Assembly (NCBI GenBank): GCA_032250835.1
Contig: JAVVEA010000002.1
Location: 310,596 to 374,595 of the forward strand
DNA from: a bacterium
GTDB taxonomy: Bacteria > SAR324 > XYD2-FULL-50-16
DNA: 64,000 nt
Direction: 5' to 3'
Shown here: in pieces, positions 22,073-30,850 of the stretch
How the letters are laid out: the number at the start of each line of letters is the position of its first letter
Numbering within the stretch: the first letter of the stretch is position 1
Made by a program: the position numbers and the translations under genes
The notes under the pieces: model-generated
The model's database searches: none
Told to the model about the DNA's origin: nothing
Seen by the model: only the letters and a program-made list of their open reading frames with translations

Positions 22073-22620
22073 TGAAAATTCGGGGACAGTCACCTATTTC
22101 TGCAGCCATATATTTGGAGACCCGCGGATTACGCTCCTTGGGTTCCCTTTTGCGAGCGGCTTAGAGCCCCTAGCCGAAAGGAGTGTAAAAAAAGCCAAAC
22201 TGTCTGAGCTTCGAGCATGGAGAGTCGGCTTCGCCGACGGTTAACATGAGCAACACTCGCCGGCTCGCGTCGCTACGCCCGCAGCCCTCACTTCGTTCGG
22301 TGCTGCTTGGCGGGGCGAGTTTTTGGCTTTTAGCGAGTGAGGCGTAGGGGGTCTTTGCCGCGAAGGTGAGGGCAGGTTTCTTTGTTACTTTCTTTGCCTG
22401 CCAAAGAAAGTAATCCCATCTCTTTAATTCCTTCCGTAGTTTTGCGCTCCCCAGTACCAGAAAAGAGAGATCACCTTTGCCAATACAACGCTCACCGGTT
22501 CGCGTCGCTACGCACTCAGCCCTCGGCGCTGATATGTTCTAAGGGAATGTTGGCATCGCCAACGGCTTTGGTCTGGCAACCGCTGGTTCGCGTTGCTACG
22601 CACGCAGCCCCTCCGGCCCC
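22073..22620 (-). repeat. Modular palindromic repeat element, copy B, plus two extra short modules
   Basis: Reverse complement of copy A; same orientation as copy C (22197-22335 vs 28426-28562 nearly identical). Confidence 0.9.
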
Positions 22621-22706
22621 CAACCCCAACCCCGCTTTGCGCCTTGGCAGGGGCCACCCCTATTTGGTAAGCTGCTCCCAGAGCAACCCCCCTCCCTTGA
22701 GGTCCT

Positions 22707-24230
22707 ATGGCGGATCAAGCTTACCAGATTGCGGTGATCGGCGGCGGTATCAACGGCGCAGGCATCGCCCGTGAGGCGGCCTATCGAGGTTATCGCACCC
22801 TCCTAGTAGAGCAGGGCGACTTCGCCCAAGCCACCAGCAGCCAGTCTTCCAAACTGATCCATGGCGGCATCCGCTACCTAGAACAAGGCCGCCTGGGTTT
22901 GGTCTTTGAAGCCCTGCACGAGCGCGCCCATCTACTGCGCATTGCCCCCCATCTGGTCCACCCGCTCCGGCTGCATATCCCTGTATACCAAGGCGACGCC
23001 CGCCCCCCCTGGATGATCGGGATCGGCTGTTGGCTCTATGACCTCTTAGCCGGAAGCCGCAACCTAGAGCCCAGCCGACGGGTGCCCCCCAGCGAATGGG
23101 AACAACTGGGCGGGCTTCAGCGAGAAGGCCTCAAAGCGGTCTTCGCCTATTCAGATGCCCAAGTTTTTGATGCCCGCTTAACTCTAGAAACCGCTCTGTC
23201 TGCGGCCCAAGCGGGGGCCGATATTTTTAACTACACCTCCCTTGAGGCCGCCCAAAACCAAGGCGATGGCTGGCTTTTGGAATTAAAAGACCAGCGCAAC
23301 GGGCAAAGCCGCCAAATCCAAGCTCAGGTGGTGGTCAACGCGGCGGGAGCCTGGGCCCCCCAGTTGGACTCCTGGTTCACTCAAAAAAAGAAACGGCCCG
23401 GATTGCGCTTTTCTCGGGGTATCCATCTGGTCTTCGATGGGCCCGCCACCCCGCAGCCCGCATACTTGACGCTGCCCGAAGGGGGCCGGGTGGTTTTTGT
23501 TTTGCCCTGGATGGGTAAGACCCTGGTGGGCACCACCGAATCGGACTTTACCGACCCGCCCACCGCCAAGGTGCCGCCCAGCGAAGAGGAAATCAATTAT
23601 CTGCTAAAGGTTTACGGGCACTACTTCCCCCAGCTAAAGCCCCAGCGAGAGCAAGTCCGCTACATCCATTCGGGCCTGCGCTCCCTGATCGACCGGGGCG
23701 AACGGGACTTAGGCAAGATGTCTCGTGAAGCGCAGTTCGAAGGGGAACAACTGCCCGGCGGGGCCGCCTATTGGTTGGTATTAGGTGGCAAGATCACCAC
23801 CTACCGCAGTCTGGGGCGCAAGCTCCTGGACCAACTGGGCCGCTGGAATCCCTCGGACCGGCGGGCTCATCTGGATACCGCCGTCGAGCCCTTGCCCGGT
23901 GCGGAACCGCTGGATCAAACCCGCCTGTCTAAAGCCCGAGCCGACTTGGCCCAAGCCGGGCTGGGTCCGGCCCAAGAAGCCCGGTGGGTCGCCGCCTATG
24001 GGACCCGCTGGGTGCAGGTGGCTCGTTATTTACGCTACCGCGACACCAACGAAGACCTGACGGGGCAGGGCTTTCTGCGGGCCGAACTGCGTTATTTGGT
24101 GCAGCAAGAGATGGCCTGGACCTTGGACGACATTACCCAGCGGCGTACCCTGATGGCCTACGACCTGAAACCTGAGCAAATCAGAATATTGTCCAGAGCC
24201 TTAACAGAAGAGCGGCGCTGGAAGCCTTAA
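22707..24230 (+). CDS. glpD: FAD-dependent glycerol-3-phosphate dehydrogenase
   Basis: GGGINGAG, TSSQSSKLIHGGIRYLE, GTTE and GGKITTYR motifs. Confidence 0.9.
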   Translation: MADQAYQIAVIGGGINGAGIAREAAYRGYRTLLVEQGDFAQATSSQSSKLIHGGIRYLEQGRLGLVFEALHERAHLLRIAPHLVHPLRLHIPVYQGDARPPWMIGIGCWLYDLLAGSRNLEPSRRVPPSEWEQLGGLQREGLKAVFAYSDAQVFDARLTLETALSAAQAGADIFNYTSLEAAQNQGDGWLLELKDQRNGQSRQIQAQVVVNAAGAWAPQLDSWFTQKKKRPGLRFSRGIHLVFDGPATPQPAYLTLPEGGRVVFVLPWMGKTLVGTTESDFTDPPTAKVPPSEEEINYLLKVYGHYFPQLKPQREQVRYIHSGLRSLIDRGERDLGKMSREAQFEGEQLPGGAAYWLVLGGKITTYRSLGRKLLDQLGRWNPSDRRAHLDTAVEPLPGAEPLDQTRLSKARADLAQAGLGPAQEARWVAAYGTRWVQVARYLRYRDTNEDLTGQGFLRAELRYLVQQEMAWTLDDITQRRTLMAYDLKPEQIRILSRALTEERRWKP

Positions 24231-24257
24231 AAATCTATTCTCACTGGGAGTGATCAG

Positions 24258-25157
24258 ATGAAGGTAGGATTTATCGGCCTAGGGGCCATGGGGGCCCCGA
24301 TGGCCTGGAACGTCTTTAAGGCCGGAATGGACTTGGCGGTATACAACCGCAACGCGGCGCGCTGCCAGCCCTTCGCCGAGCAAGGTGTTTTCGTGGCCCA
24401 AAGCCCTGCCGAACTGGCGGCCAGGGTGGACCGGTTGGTGGTCATGGTGACCGGGCCCGAAGCCTTAGAAGCCGTCCTCTTCGGGCCCCAGGGGGCGGTC
24501 GAAGGGCTGGCCCCCGGCTCGATTCTGGTCAATATGTCCACCGTCTCCCCCACCGCCACCCTTGCGTCCGCCCGCCGCCTAAAAGCGCAACAGGTAGACT
24601 GGGTGGACGCGCCGGTTTCGGGCACCGTGGGCCCCGCCCAGACCGGTCAACTGGTGGTGCTCGCCGGAGCGGAGCCTAGCATCTTGGACCGGGTCCGGCC
24701 CCTTTTGGCGGCCATGGGCAGCGGCTTGGTGGAGTGTGGGCCCGTTGGGGCTGGAACCCAGATGAAGCTGGCGGTTAACCTGCTGCTCGCCGGGGCGATG
24801 GAAACGCTGGCCGAAAGCATGATTTACGCCCAGTCGGCGGGGCTGGCACCGGAGCGGTTGATGGAGGCTTTGGGCCAAGGGGCGCTGAACGCGCCGCTGT
24901 TTCTGCTTAAGGGGCAAGCAATCATCGAGCGCCGCTTCACCAAGGCCTTCCCAGTGGACTTGGTGGCCAAAGACTTGGGGCTGGTTTTAGATGACGCCGA
25001 ACGCACAGGCGTGCAACTCCCCCAAACCCGCCTGAACCTTCAGCGTTACCATAAATGCCAAGGTATGGGGCATGGTGACGAAGACATGGCGGCCTTAGTC
25101 AAGGTCTTAGAAGAGACCGCCCAGATCGAGGTGCGGGGCTCCAAAAACCCGGATTAA
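24258..25157 (+). CDS. NAD(P)-dependent beta-hydroxyacid dehydrogenase (MmsB/GarR family)
   Basis: GFIGLGAMGAPMA, DAPVSG, MKLAVN and KDL motifs. Confidence 0.9.
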   Translation: MKVGFIGLGAMGAPMAWNVFKAGMDLAVYNRNAARCQPFAEQGVFVAQSPAELAARVDRLVVMVTGPEALEAVLFGPQGAVEGLAPGSILVNMSTVSPTATLASARRLKAQQVDWVDAPVSGTVGPAQTGQLVVLAGAEPSILDRVRPLLAAMGSGLVECGPVGAGTQMKLAVNLLLAGAMETLAESMIYAQSAGLAPERLMEALGQGALNAPLFLLKGQAIIERRFTKAFPVDLVAKDLGLVLDDAERTGVQLPQTRLNLQRYHKCQGMGHGDEDMAALVKVLEETAQIEVRGSKNPD

Positions 25158-26071
25158 GCCCGCCGCCCGGCCGCTAAGGCCAAGCGGTCGGCCACCAATT
25201 GGATCTCTTCTCCCTGGAATAGTTTGGCCCGCCAGTCTGCGGGAATGGCTGGGTAGCCGTAAAAGGCCCCGGCCAGCTGCCCGGCCACAGCGGCGACGGT
25301 GTCAGCGTCATAACCCAAGTTGGCCGCTTCTAAGAGGCATTCTTTAAGGCTGTGGGTTTTATAAAAACACCAAAGCGCCGCCTCAAGGGTATGGACCACA
25401 TAGCCGGTGCTTTCGATCTCTTCGATCCCCTTGCCCCGGTAGCTGCCCCGGCCCAAGGCGGCAATCTTCGGGCTTAAGATGGTCTCGAAGCCGTGGCGCA
25501 ATAAAATGTCTTCTTTGCTAGCACCGCCAAAGGCCAAGTAAAGCATGGCCGCAAAAAGCCCGCAGGCCTCGACGCACTCTGGGGCCGAATGGGTGGTGTT
25601 GCTGCTTTTTTTGGCGAAGCGGATGGTGGCATCGCGGTCGTCATGAAAGAAAATGGGCACCGGGGCGAGCCGCATTAAGGAGCCGTTGCCCGCCGTCAGC
25701 GGGTCGATGTCACCGCAATAGGGCTCTTGGGTCACCACAAAGCGGATCAGGGATTTGTTGGTGGCCACGCCGATGTCAAAGCACTTACCGGTGCTGCTCA
25801 TGTACCCTTCGTCGCGCCAGGCTAGGTAGCGTTCCATCTGGTCTAAAGGATCAAAGCCGCCGGACTCGATCAGGCTGTGGGCTAGGCATAGAGCCATGCT
25901 GGTGTCGTCGGTCCACTGGCCGGGCAGCAGGTTAAATACGCCGCCGCCTCGGATATCTTCGATGGGCTCAAATTCCCCGCGCTTTTTAAACTCCGCCGCC
26001 ACGCCCAGGGCATCGCCCACCGCCAAGCCCACCATAGAGCCCCGAAATCGGTCCAATCGCTCTATAGACAT
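25154..26071 (-). CDS. ADP-ribosylglycohydrolase family protein
   Basis: GDALG, WTDDT, GNGSLMR and DADT motifs. Confidence 0.92.
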   Translation of the reverse strand: MSIERLDRFRGSMVGLAVGDALGVAAEFKKRGEFEPIEDIRGGGVFNLLPGQWTDDTSMALCLAHSLIESGGFDPLDQMERYLAWRDEGYMSSTGKCFDIGVATNKSLIRFVVTQEPYCGDIDPLTAGNGSLMRLAPVPIFFHDDRDATIRFAKKSSNTTHSAPECVEACGLFAAMLYLAFGGASKEDILLRHGFETILSPKIAALGRGSYRGKGIEEIESTGYVVHTLEAALWCFYKTHSLKECLLEAANLGYDADTVAAVAGQLAGAFYGYPAIPADWRAKLFQGEEIQLVADRLALAAGRRA

Positions 26072-26076
26072 AACCT

Positions 26077-26358
26077 CTAAGCACCCTGGTTGTGGGGCAG
26101 GTTGCGGTAAAGCAGCTTCATCGCCAATAGCGAAGCCACTAAAATCAAAGAAAAAACATTGGCCAGGATCACCGGCAACTCACCTAAGAGTAGGCCATAG
26201 GCCAGCCAAAGCAGGATGCCCAGCGTGAAGGTGGCAGCCCAACTGAGCGATAAATCCCGCACCTGTTTGCTGCGGTAGGTCTGCCAGACCTGGGGCAAGA
26301 AGGCTAAAGTAGTCAAAAGTCCGGCCAGCAATCCGATGCTTTGTGTCGTTAAATCCAT
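26077..26358 (-). CDS. SemiSWEET (PQ-loop) transporter
   Basis: TTLAFLPQV, DLS, WLAYG and PVILAN motifs; 3 TM helices. Confidence 0.9.
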   Translation of the reverse strand: MDLTTQSIGLLAGLLTTLAFLPQVWQTYRSKQVRDLSLSWAATFTLGILLWLAYGLLLGELPVILANVFSLILVASLLAMKLLYRNLPHNQGA

Positions 26359-26482
26359 TTAGGGACCTTATGGTATAGATTTATTTGCTTTTAGCCCGCT
26401 TAAAGGCTCTCTTTCAAGGCCATTCGCCCCTTTTCTTCGGCTCCATGCTGGGGTATATTTAAGCCCAATCCCCAGGAGCCTG

Positions 26483-26908
26483 ATGAACCTGCCAATTATT
26501 CGCCTCATATACGCCAGTCAAGCGACCACGTTGATGAAGCCCCAAGACGAATGGAGTATTTTAGAGACCGCCCGAACGGCCAACCCTAAGTTGGACATCA
26601 CCGGTCTGCTGACTTTTGATGAGCAGTATTTTTGCCAGTATCTCGAAGGCCCGAGAGACGCCGTCACCAGCCTGTTCTTAAAGATAGCCCTAGACCGCCG
26701 ACACGAAAGGATTCAGCTGCTAGACGTCTCTCCTATTGAGGCTCGCCTCTTCGGGCAATGGAGCATGGCCTTTGCGCCGAGGGAAGAAGCCTTCGCCCCG
26801 GTCTACCAAGCGCATTTTGGTCAAGGACAGTTCAATCCCTTTTTGCTCAGCGACCAAGGGGCGGACTTCTTTTTTAGAGCCCTGAAAGAACAGTTGGCTT
26901 TGGCTTGA
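26483..26908 (+). CDS. Standalone BLUF blue-light sensor domain protein
   Basis: LIYAS, ANPKLDITGLL, QYLEG, RH and WSM: the conserved Tyr/Gln/Trp-Met residues are present. Confidence 0.9.
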   Translation: MNLPIIRLIYASQATTLMKPQDEWSILETARTANPKLDITGLLTFDEQYFCQYLEGPRDAVTSLFLKIALDRRHERIQLLDVSPIEARLFGQWSMAFAPREEAFAPVYQAHFGQGQFNPFLLSDQGADFFFRALKEQLALA

Positions 26909-26913
26909 GGGAT

Positions 26914-27402
26914 TTAGGCTTCGTCGCCTGCCCTAGCCAATTGGCGGAACTGCTGGAGCTCATTGATTTTATAGTTTAGGTACAAAAACTGGAACAGGAA
27001 GGCCCAGAGTTTGTTGGTAACAAAGGGGCCTGCGCCTAATTCTGGATTTCCAAACTCCAACTCGCCTAGTTCACGGAGCCGGTCGGTTAGGCGGAAACTG
27101 AGCACGATCATCCATACCGCCGCCGCCAGAGCGCAGATCCCCGCAAGGCCCTCGGCTGTCGGTGAAGGGTCTGCGGCATAGGCCCCCTCAAAGAGCATGG
27201 GGAAGCCCATAAAGAGAGCTAACAACACCAAGTCCTTGGTGTGTACTATTTCTTTTTCTAGCCCTTCATTAAAGCGGTCTTTACGCTCGGCGAGCCAAAG
27301 GGCCGCGAACAATCCGCCGGTAAACAATTGCAGGGCAAACAGGGCCCAGGTAGAAATTCTGGGGAAATTCACTCCCTTTGTGGCCCCATCGCTAGATAAC
27401 AT
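26914..27402 (-). CDS. Membrane protein (DUF4234-like)
   Basis: FTGGLFAALW and YLNYKIN pattern; about 4 TM helices. Confidence 0.55.
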   Translation of the reverse strand: MLSSDGATKGVNFPRISTWALFALQLFTGGLFAALWLAERKDRFNEGLEKEIVHTKDLVLLALFMGFPMLFEGAYAADPSPTAEGLAGICALAAAVWMIVLSFRLTDRLRELGELEFGNPELGAGPFVTNKLWAFLFQFLYLNYKINELQQFRQLARAGDEA

Positions 27403-27625
27403 AACTCACTCCGATCATTGGTTAGATTCCCGTCATTAGGATTTTAGTCTAACAGAAGCCGCGCCATCCAGGCTAACCTAATCAGGGTGCAAGGCCCCCA
27501 GGCCCGCGCACTAAACCTCCAGAGGGCGGGGCCGCTCTTTGGCTTTTTGGTCGTCCTTGAATTTTCCCCAGCCAAAGCGTATTTTAAGGAAAACCCAGCC
27601 TTAACCCTTTTAGAAGAGAACCCAA

Positions 27626-28039
27626 ATGTTTTACCACGTAGAAATCAAGACCTTGGGCGGTGGTTGGATTGGTGTGACTAACGTTTCTATGGGGGACATT
27701 GCCAAGCGGTATTTTTATCCCTTTGAAATGGGCGAAGCCATCGACTTTTACGGCCACCGCTTAACCAAAGCCGACTGTGCCGAAGTCCGGTTATTGGCCA
27801 GTGGAGAGCGGATCGAGTTAGATGCCCAGGCCCTCTTTGCCCCTGATTTAGACTTAGAGCAGCTAGAGGTCGGGCGCGACAGGGGGCCGGTTTGGGAAGT
27901 GACCGAAGAATTCTTCGGCGAAATCCGGGGCTTTGTAGAGCGCTTCGAGCAACGCCGCACCGAATTGGACGACCACAGCCTACTCAAGACCGAGGCCCCC
28001 GCAATCTGGACCCGGCCCAAAAATAATTCTTTAGCCTAG
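27626..28039 (+). CDS. Hypothetical protein
   Basis: 137-aa ORF with GAAGAG upstream and host-like codon usage. Confidence 0.55.
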   Translation: MFYHVEIKTLGGGWIGVTNVSMGDIAKRYFYPFEMGEAIDFYGHRLTKADCAEVRLLASGERIELDAQALFAPDLDLEQLEVGRDRGPVWEVTEEFFGEIRGFVERFEQRRTELDDHSLLKTEAPAIWTRPKNNSLA

Positions 28040-28140
28040 TGCCCGGTTTGGCTGTTAGGTTTACAGCTAATTCCCACTTTGAAGTTAAACTTCCGACTAT
28101 TTCAAACTCTCTGGCTCAATCCAAAGCTTGACTGCGTAGT

Positions 28141-28650
28141 TCCCCTTTTTTGCGAGCAGCTTAGAGCCCATATAGCCACGCTAAGCAGCTTCGAGGCCGC
28201 AGGCCGAGGGCTACGTGGGTGGCAATACGAGCCGGCGAGTATTGCCCAGCCAAAAAGCCCGCTGTTCGAGCACTGAGCATAAGAAATAGACTTCAACGAC
28301 CTTTTTATATGGGGCAACCCTCGCATCGCTACGGACTCGAAGCTCCTTGGTGGTTAGGGCCTTTATGATACCCCCGTTGGTGAGTCGCTTAGAGCCCGTA
28401 GCCAAACGAAGCGTTAAGAAAGCCAACTGTTCGAGCTTCGAGCGTTAGGGAGTCGGCTTCGCCGACGGCTTACATGAGCAACACTCGCCAGCTCGCGTCG
28501 CTACGCCCGCAGCCCTCACTTCGTTCGGTGCTGCTTGGCGGGGCGAGTTTTGGCTTTTAGCGTAGTTTGGCGTACGGGGTCTTAGCGGCGAGCCACCTGG
28601 GGGCTGGTTTTTTTGCTACTTTTTTTGCCAGCCAAAAAAAGTAGTCCCAT
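28141..28650 (-). repeat. Modular palindromic repeat element, copy C
   Basis: Contains modules of both A (inverted) and B (direct); lies between convergent genes. Confidence 0.88.
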
Positions 28651-28786
28651 CCCTTCAATTCGAACAATAGCTTTGTGCTTCTCATAACTCGAATGGCAAA
28701 GCTACGCCCATCGCTGTTTGGCTAAGATTTGCTTGAAAGTTGCTGTGCTGAATCGGTTGCGCCGAGTTTTCATGTGGGCAACCGCC

Positions 28787-29296
28787 TCAAGTGCTTGCAT
28801 CGCTACGCCCGTCCCCAGGAGAAAACGGAAGCGGTGTAAACGAATCCGCCGACCGGGACACTAGCCGCCGGATCGCCTGGGTGGGCAGCAAACGCGAATC
28901 CTCAAGCGCCGCGCTGCGGTGGCCTAGACCCACCAAATATTCCGGGTTCGAAGCAAAGGCCAAAAATTCTTGGGCCGAAGCTTGCCGGATCAGCATCACT
29001 AGGTCCCAGGTTTCTTCTGCCGGGCCGATCAGGAAGTTCCCTCCCCTTCCCAAAAATTCAATGGCTCCACCGCTGGCATGTAAAAAAGGCAGGGTGAAGT
29101 CGATATACCGCTGGAAGGCCTCGGCTCCGCTGATCGGCTGTTCTGGCGCAATTTGAGGATGGGCCGAATAATCGGCGACCTCTTTAAAGCGCAACAGGTT
29201 CAACATCACCAAGGGGCCTTGTGGCGGGTTTGAAAAAAAGGCGGCCCCCGCCGCTTGGGTGGGTTCAAGATACACAGGCTGATGGTTTTGGGTCAT
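28787..29296 (-). CDS. DUF1330-family protein
   Basis: PLVMLNLLRF, SGAEAFQRY, WDLVMLI and HRSAALEDSRL motifs. Confidence 0.8.
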   Translation of the reverse strand: MTQNHQPVYLEPTQAAGAAFFSNPPQGPLVMLNLLRFKEVADYSAHPQIAPEQPISGAEAFQRYIDFTLPFLHASGGAIEFLGRGGNFLIGPAEETWDLVMLIRQASAQEFLAFASNPEYLVGLGHRSAALEDSRLLPTQAIRRLVSRSADSFTPLPFSPGDGRSDAST

Positions 29297-29706
29297 AACA
29301 AAGCCTGGGAAAGGCCTAACATCCGCTGGATTTGTTCTTCTTTGAGGGGCTTAAAAAAATCGGAGGCGGCGTGCTCGAAGGTGGCTAGCGTTTCCTGGTA
29401 AATTCGCTGGCCTGCCTCGGAGAGCTGGACAAGGCTAACGCGGGCGTCGCGGGGGTTACTTTCCTTTTGGACCAGTCGGTTTTTTTCCATCGGGTTGAGC
29501 AACCGGGTTACCCCTGAAGCACTCATGCCGATGGCTTCAGCTAGGTCCAACCGGCGTAGGGTCTGGTTGGGCGCTTGGCTGAGCTGAAAGAGCACTAAGA
29601 ATTCCGAGAAACTGATGCCGTGAGCGCTCAACGGGCGGTCGATACGCTTCATCAGGTGGGTCATCATTTGGTGTAGCGAAAGGACAAGGTCTTGGCTTGG
29701 GGTCAT
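29293..29706 (-). CDS. MarR-family transcriptional regulator
   Basis: DLAEAIGMSASGVTRLL...DARVSLVQLSEAG winged HTH. Confidence 0.92.
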   Translation of the reverse strand: MTPSQDLVLSLHQMMTHLMKRIDRPLSAHGISFSEFLVLFQLSQAPNQTLRRLDLAEAIGMSASGVTRLLNPMEKNRLVQKESNPRDARVSLVQLSEAGQRIYQETLATFEHAASDFFKPLKEEQIQRMLGLSQALL

Positions 29707-29733
29707 AGTGGATACTGGATTAAAGGTTGAATA

Positions 29734-29753
29734 ATACTTGAGTACGCAAGTAT
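29734..29753. promoter_or_regulatory. Putative MarR operator
   Basis: Inverted repeat ATACTTG-N6-CAAGTAT about 30 bp upstream of the MarR gene start. Confidence 0.6.
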
Positions 29754-29802
29754 ATTTAGTTGGTCAAGCCTTCTTTGAATTTGGGGGTAGTGGTTTGACC
29801 GC

Positions 29803-30846
29803 CTAGCGGGGTTCTTGGCCTGCCCAAGCCGCAGGCAATTGGCCGCTGCGGCGCAGTTGGTCGATAAAGATTTCGGTCATCTCCGAAGCAAAGGCGTGCT
29901 CGTGGCGTAGGTCATGGACATAGGCCTTGATCCGTACCTTGATGATCGAGACGCCCTGATGGATTTCGTTTTTTAAGATCACCGCCACGGGCTTGCCCAG
30001 GTAGACGTATTGGCTGGTTACCGCTGCCTGATGGGCCAAGCTTTTAACCAAGCCGAAGTCCACCCCAAAGGGCAAAAACACTTCGGCCACCACCTGGCAA
30101 TTGGGTTCTCCGGAGTTGCTGTTTAAAACTGACTGGTTGACGATCACGCTGTTGGGGATAGAGACCAGCGAATCGTCGGCGGTGACCACCCGCACGGTCC
30201 GCAGCCCGATATGGACCACCTCTCCGTAATATTTGTCGGCCTCGATCTTATCTCCTACCTGAAAGGGGCGGTCGATCAGGATCAAAATCCCGCCGAAGAC
30301 GTTTTTTAAGACATCCTGAGACGCAAAGCCCAGCGCCAAGCCTGCCGAAGCGCCGAGTGCCAGTAGGGACTCAAAGGGCGGGGCAATCACCCCTTCGATA
30401 ACCACATAGGCCGTAAAGACCCAGGCGAGAATGCGGATGATCGGGATCGCCGATTTGATGGCCAACCGCTGAGCGGCCCATTTTTCCGAAAGAGCTTCTA
30501 AGAGGCGGCTTAAAAAACGGATCGCCAGATAGGCGAAGACCAGTAAGACCAAGGACCAGAAAATCTTACCGAAGGTGATCGAGACATCAAGATTGGGCCG
30601 GGTTTCTTTTATGGACTGCCCCACCTCCGCTGCCGCTGCGGCGGGGAGTTTGGCCGGGTTAGGTAGCGCTTTGGGGGGCTCTGGACTGGCTGGGGCCGCC
30701 GGTACCGGCTGGGCGGCTGGTTCGGCTAGCGCCTCCGGTGCGGTGGCCGCGGGCAGCGGTTCTGGGGCCGCCGTTTCTTGGGCCCCGGCGACAGGACCAG
30801 CCAGCATTGCCACTAGGAAATAGATGAATATTATCCGCCAAGGCAT
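29803..30846 (-). CDS. Small-conductance mechanosensitive channel (MscS family)
   Basis: GFASQDVLKNVFGG, RPFQVGD, GEVVHIGLRT and IPNS motifs; signal peptide plus Pro/Ala linker. Confidence 0.9.
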   Translation of the reverse strand: MPWRIIFIYFLVAMLAGPVAGAQETAAPEPLPAATAPEALAEPAAQPVPAAPASPEPPKALPNPAKLPAAAAAEVGQSIKETRPNLDVSITFGKIFWSLVLLVFAYLAIRFLSRLLEALSEKWAAQRLAIKSAIPIIRILAWVFTAYVVIEGVIAPPFESLLALGASAGLALGFASQDVLKNVFGGILILIDRPFQVGDKIEADKYYGEVVHIGLRTVRVVTADDSLVSIPNSVIVNQSVLNSNSGEPNCQVVAEVFLPFGVDFGLVKSLAHQAAVTSQYVYLGKPVAVILKNEIHQGVSIIKVRIKAYVHDLRHEHAFASEMTEIFIDQLRRSGQLPAAWAGQEPR

Positions 30847-30850
30847 GGGT

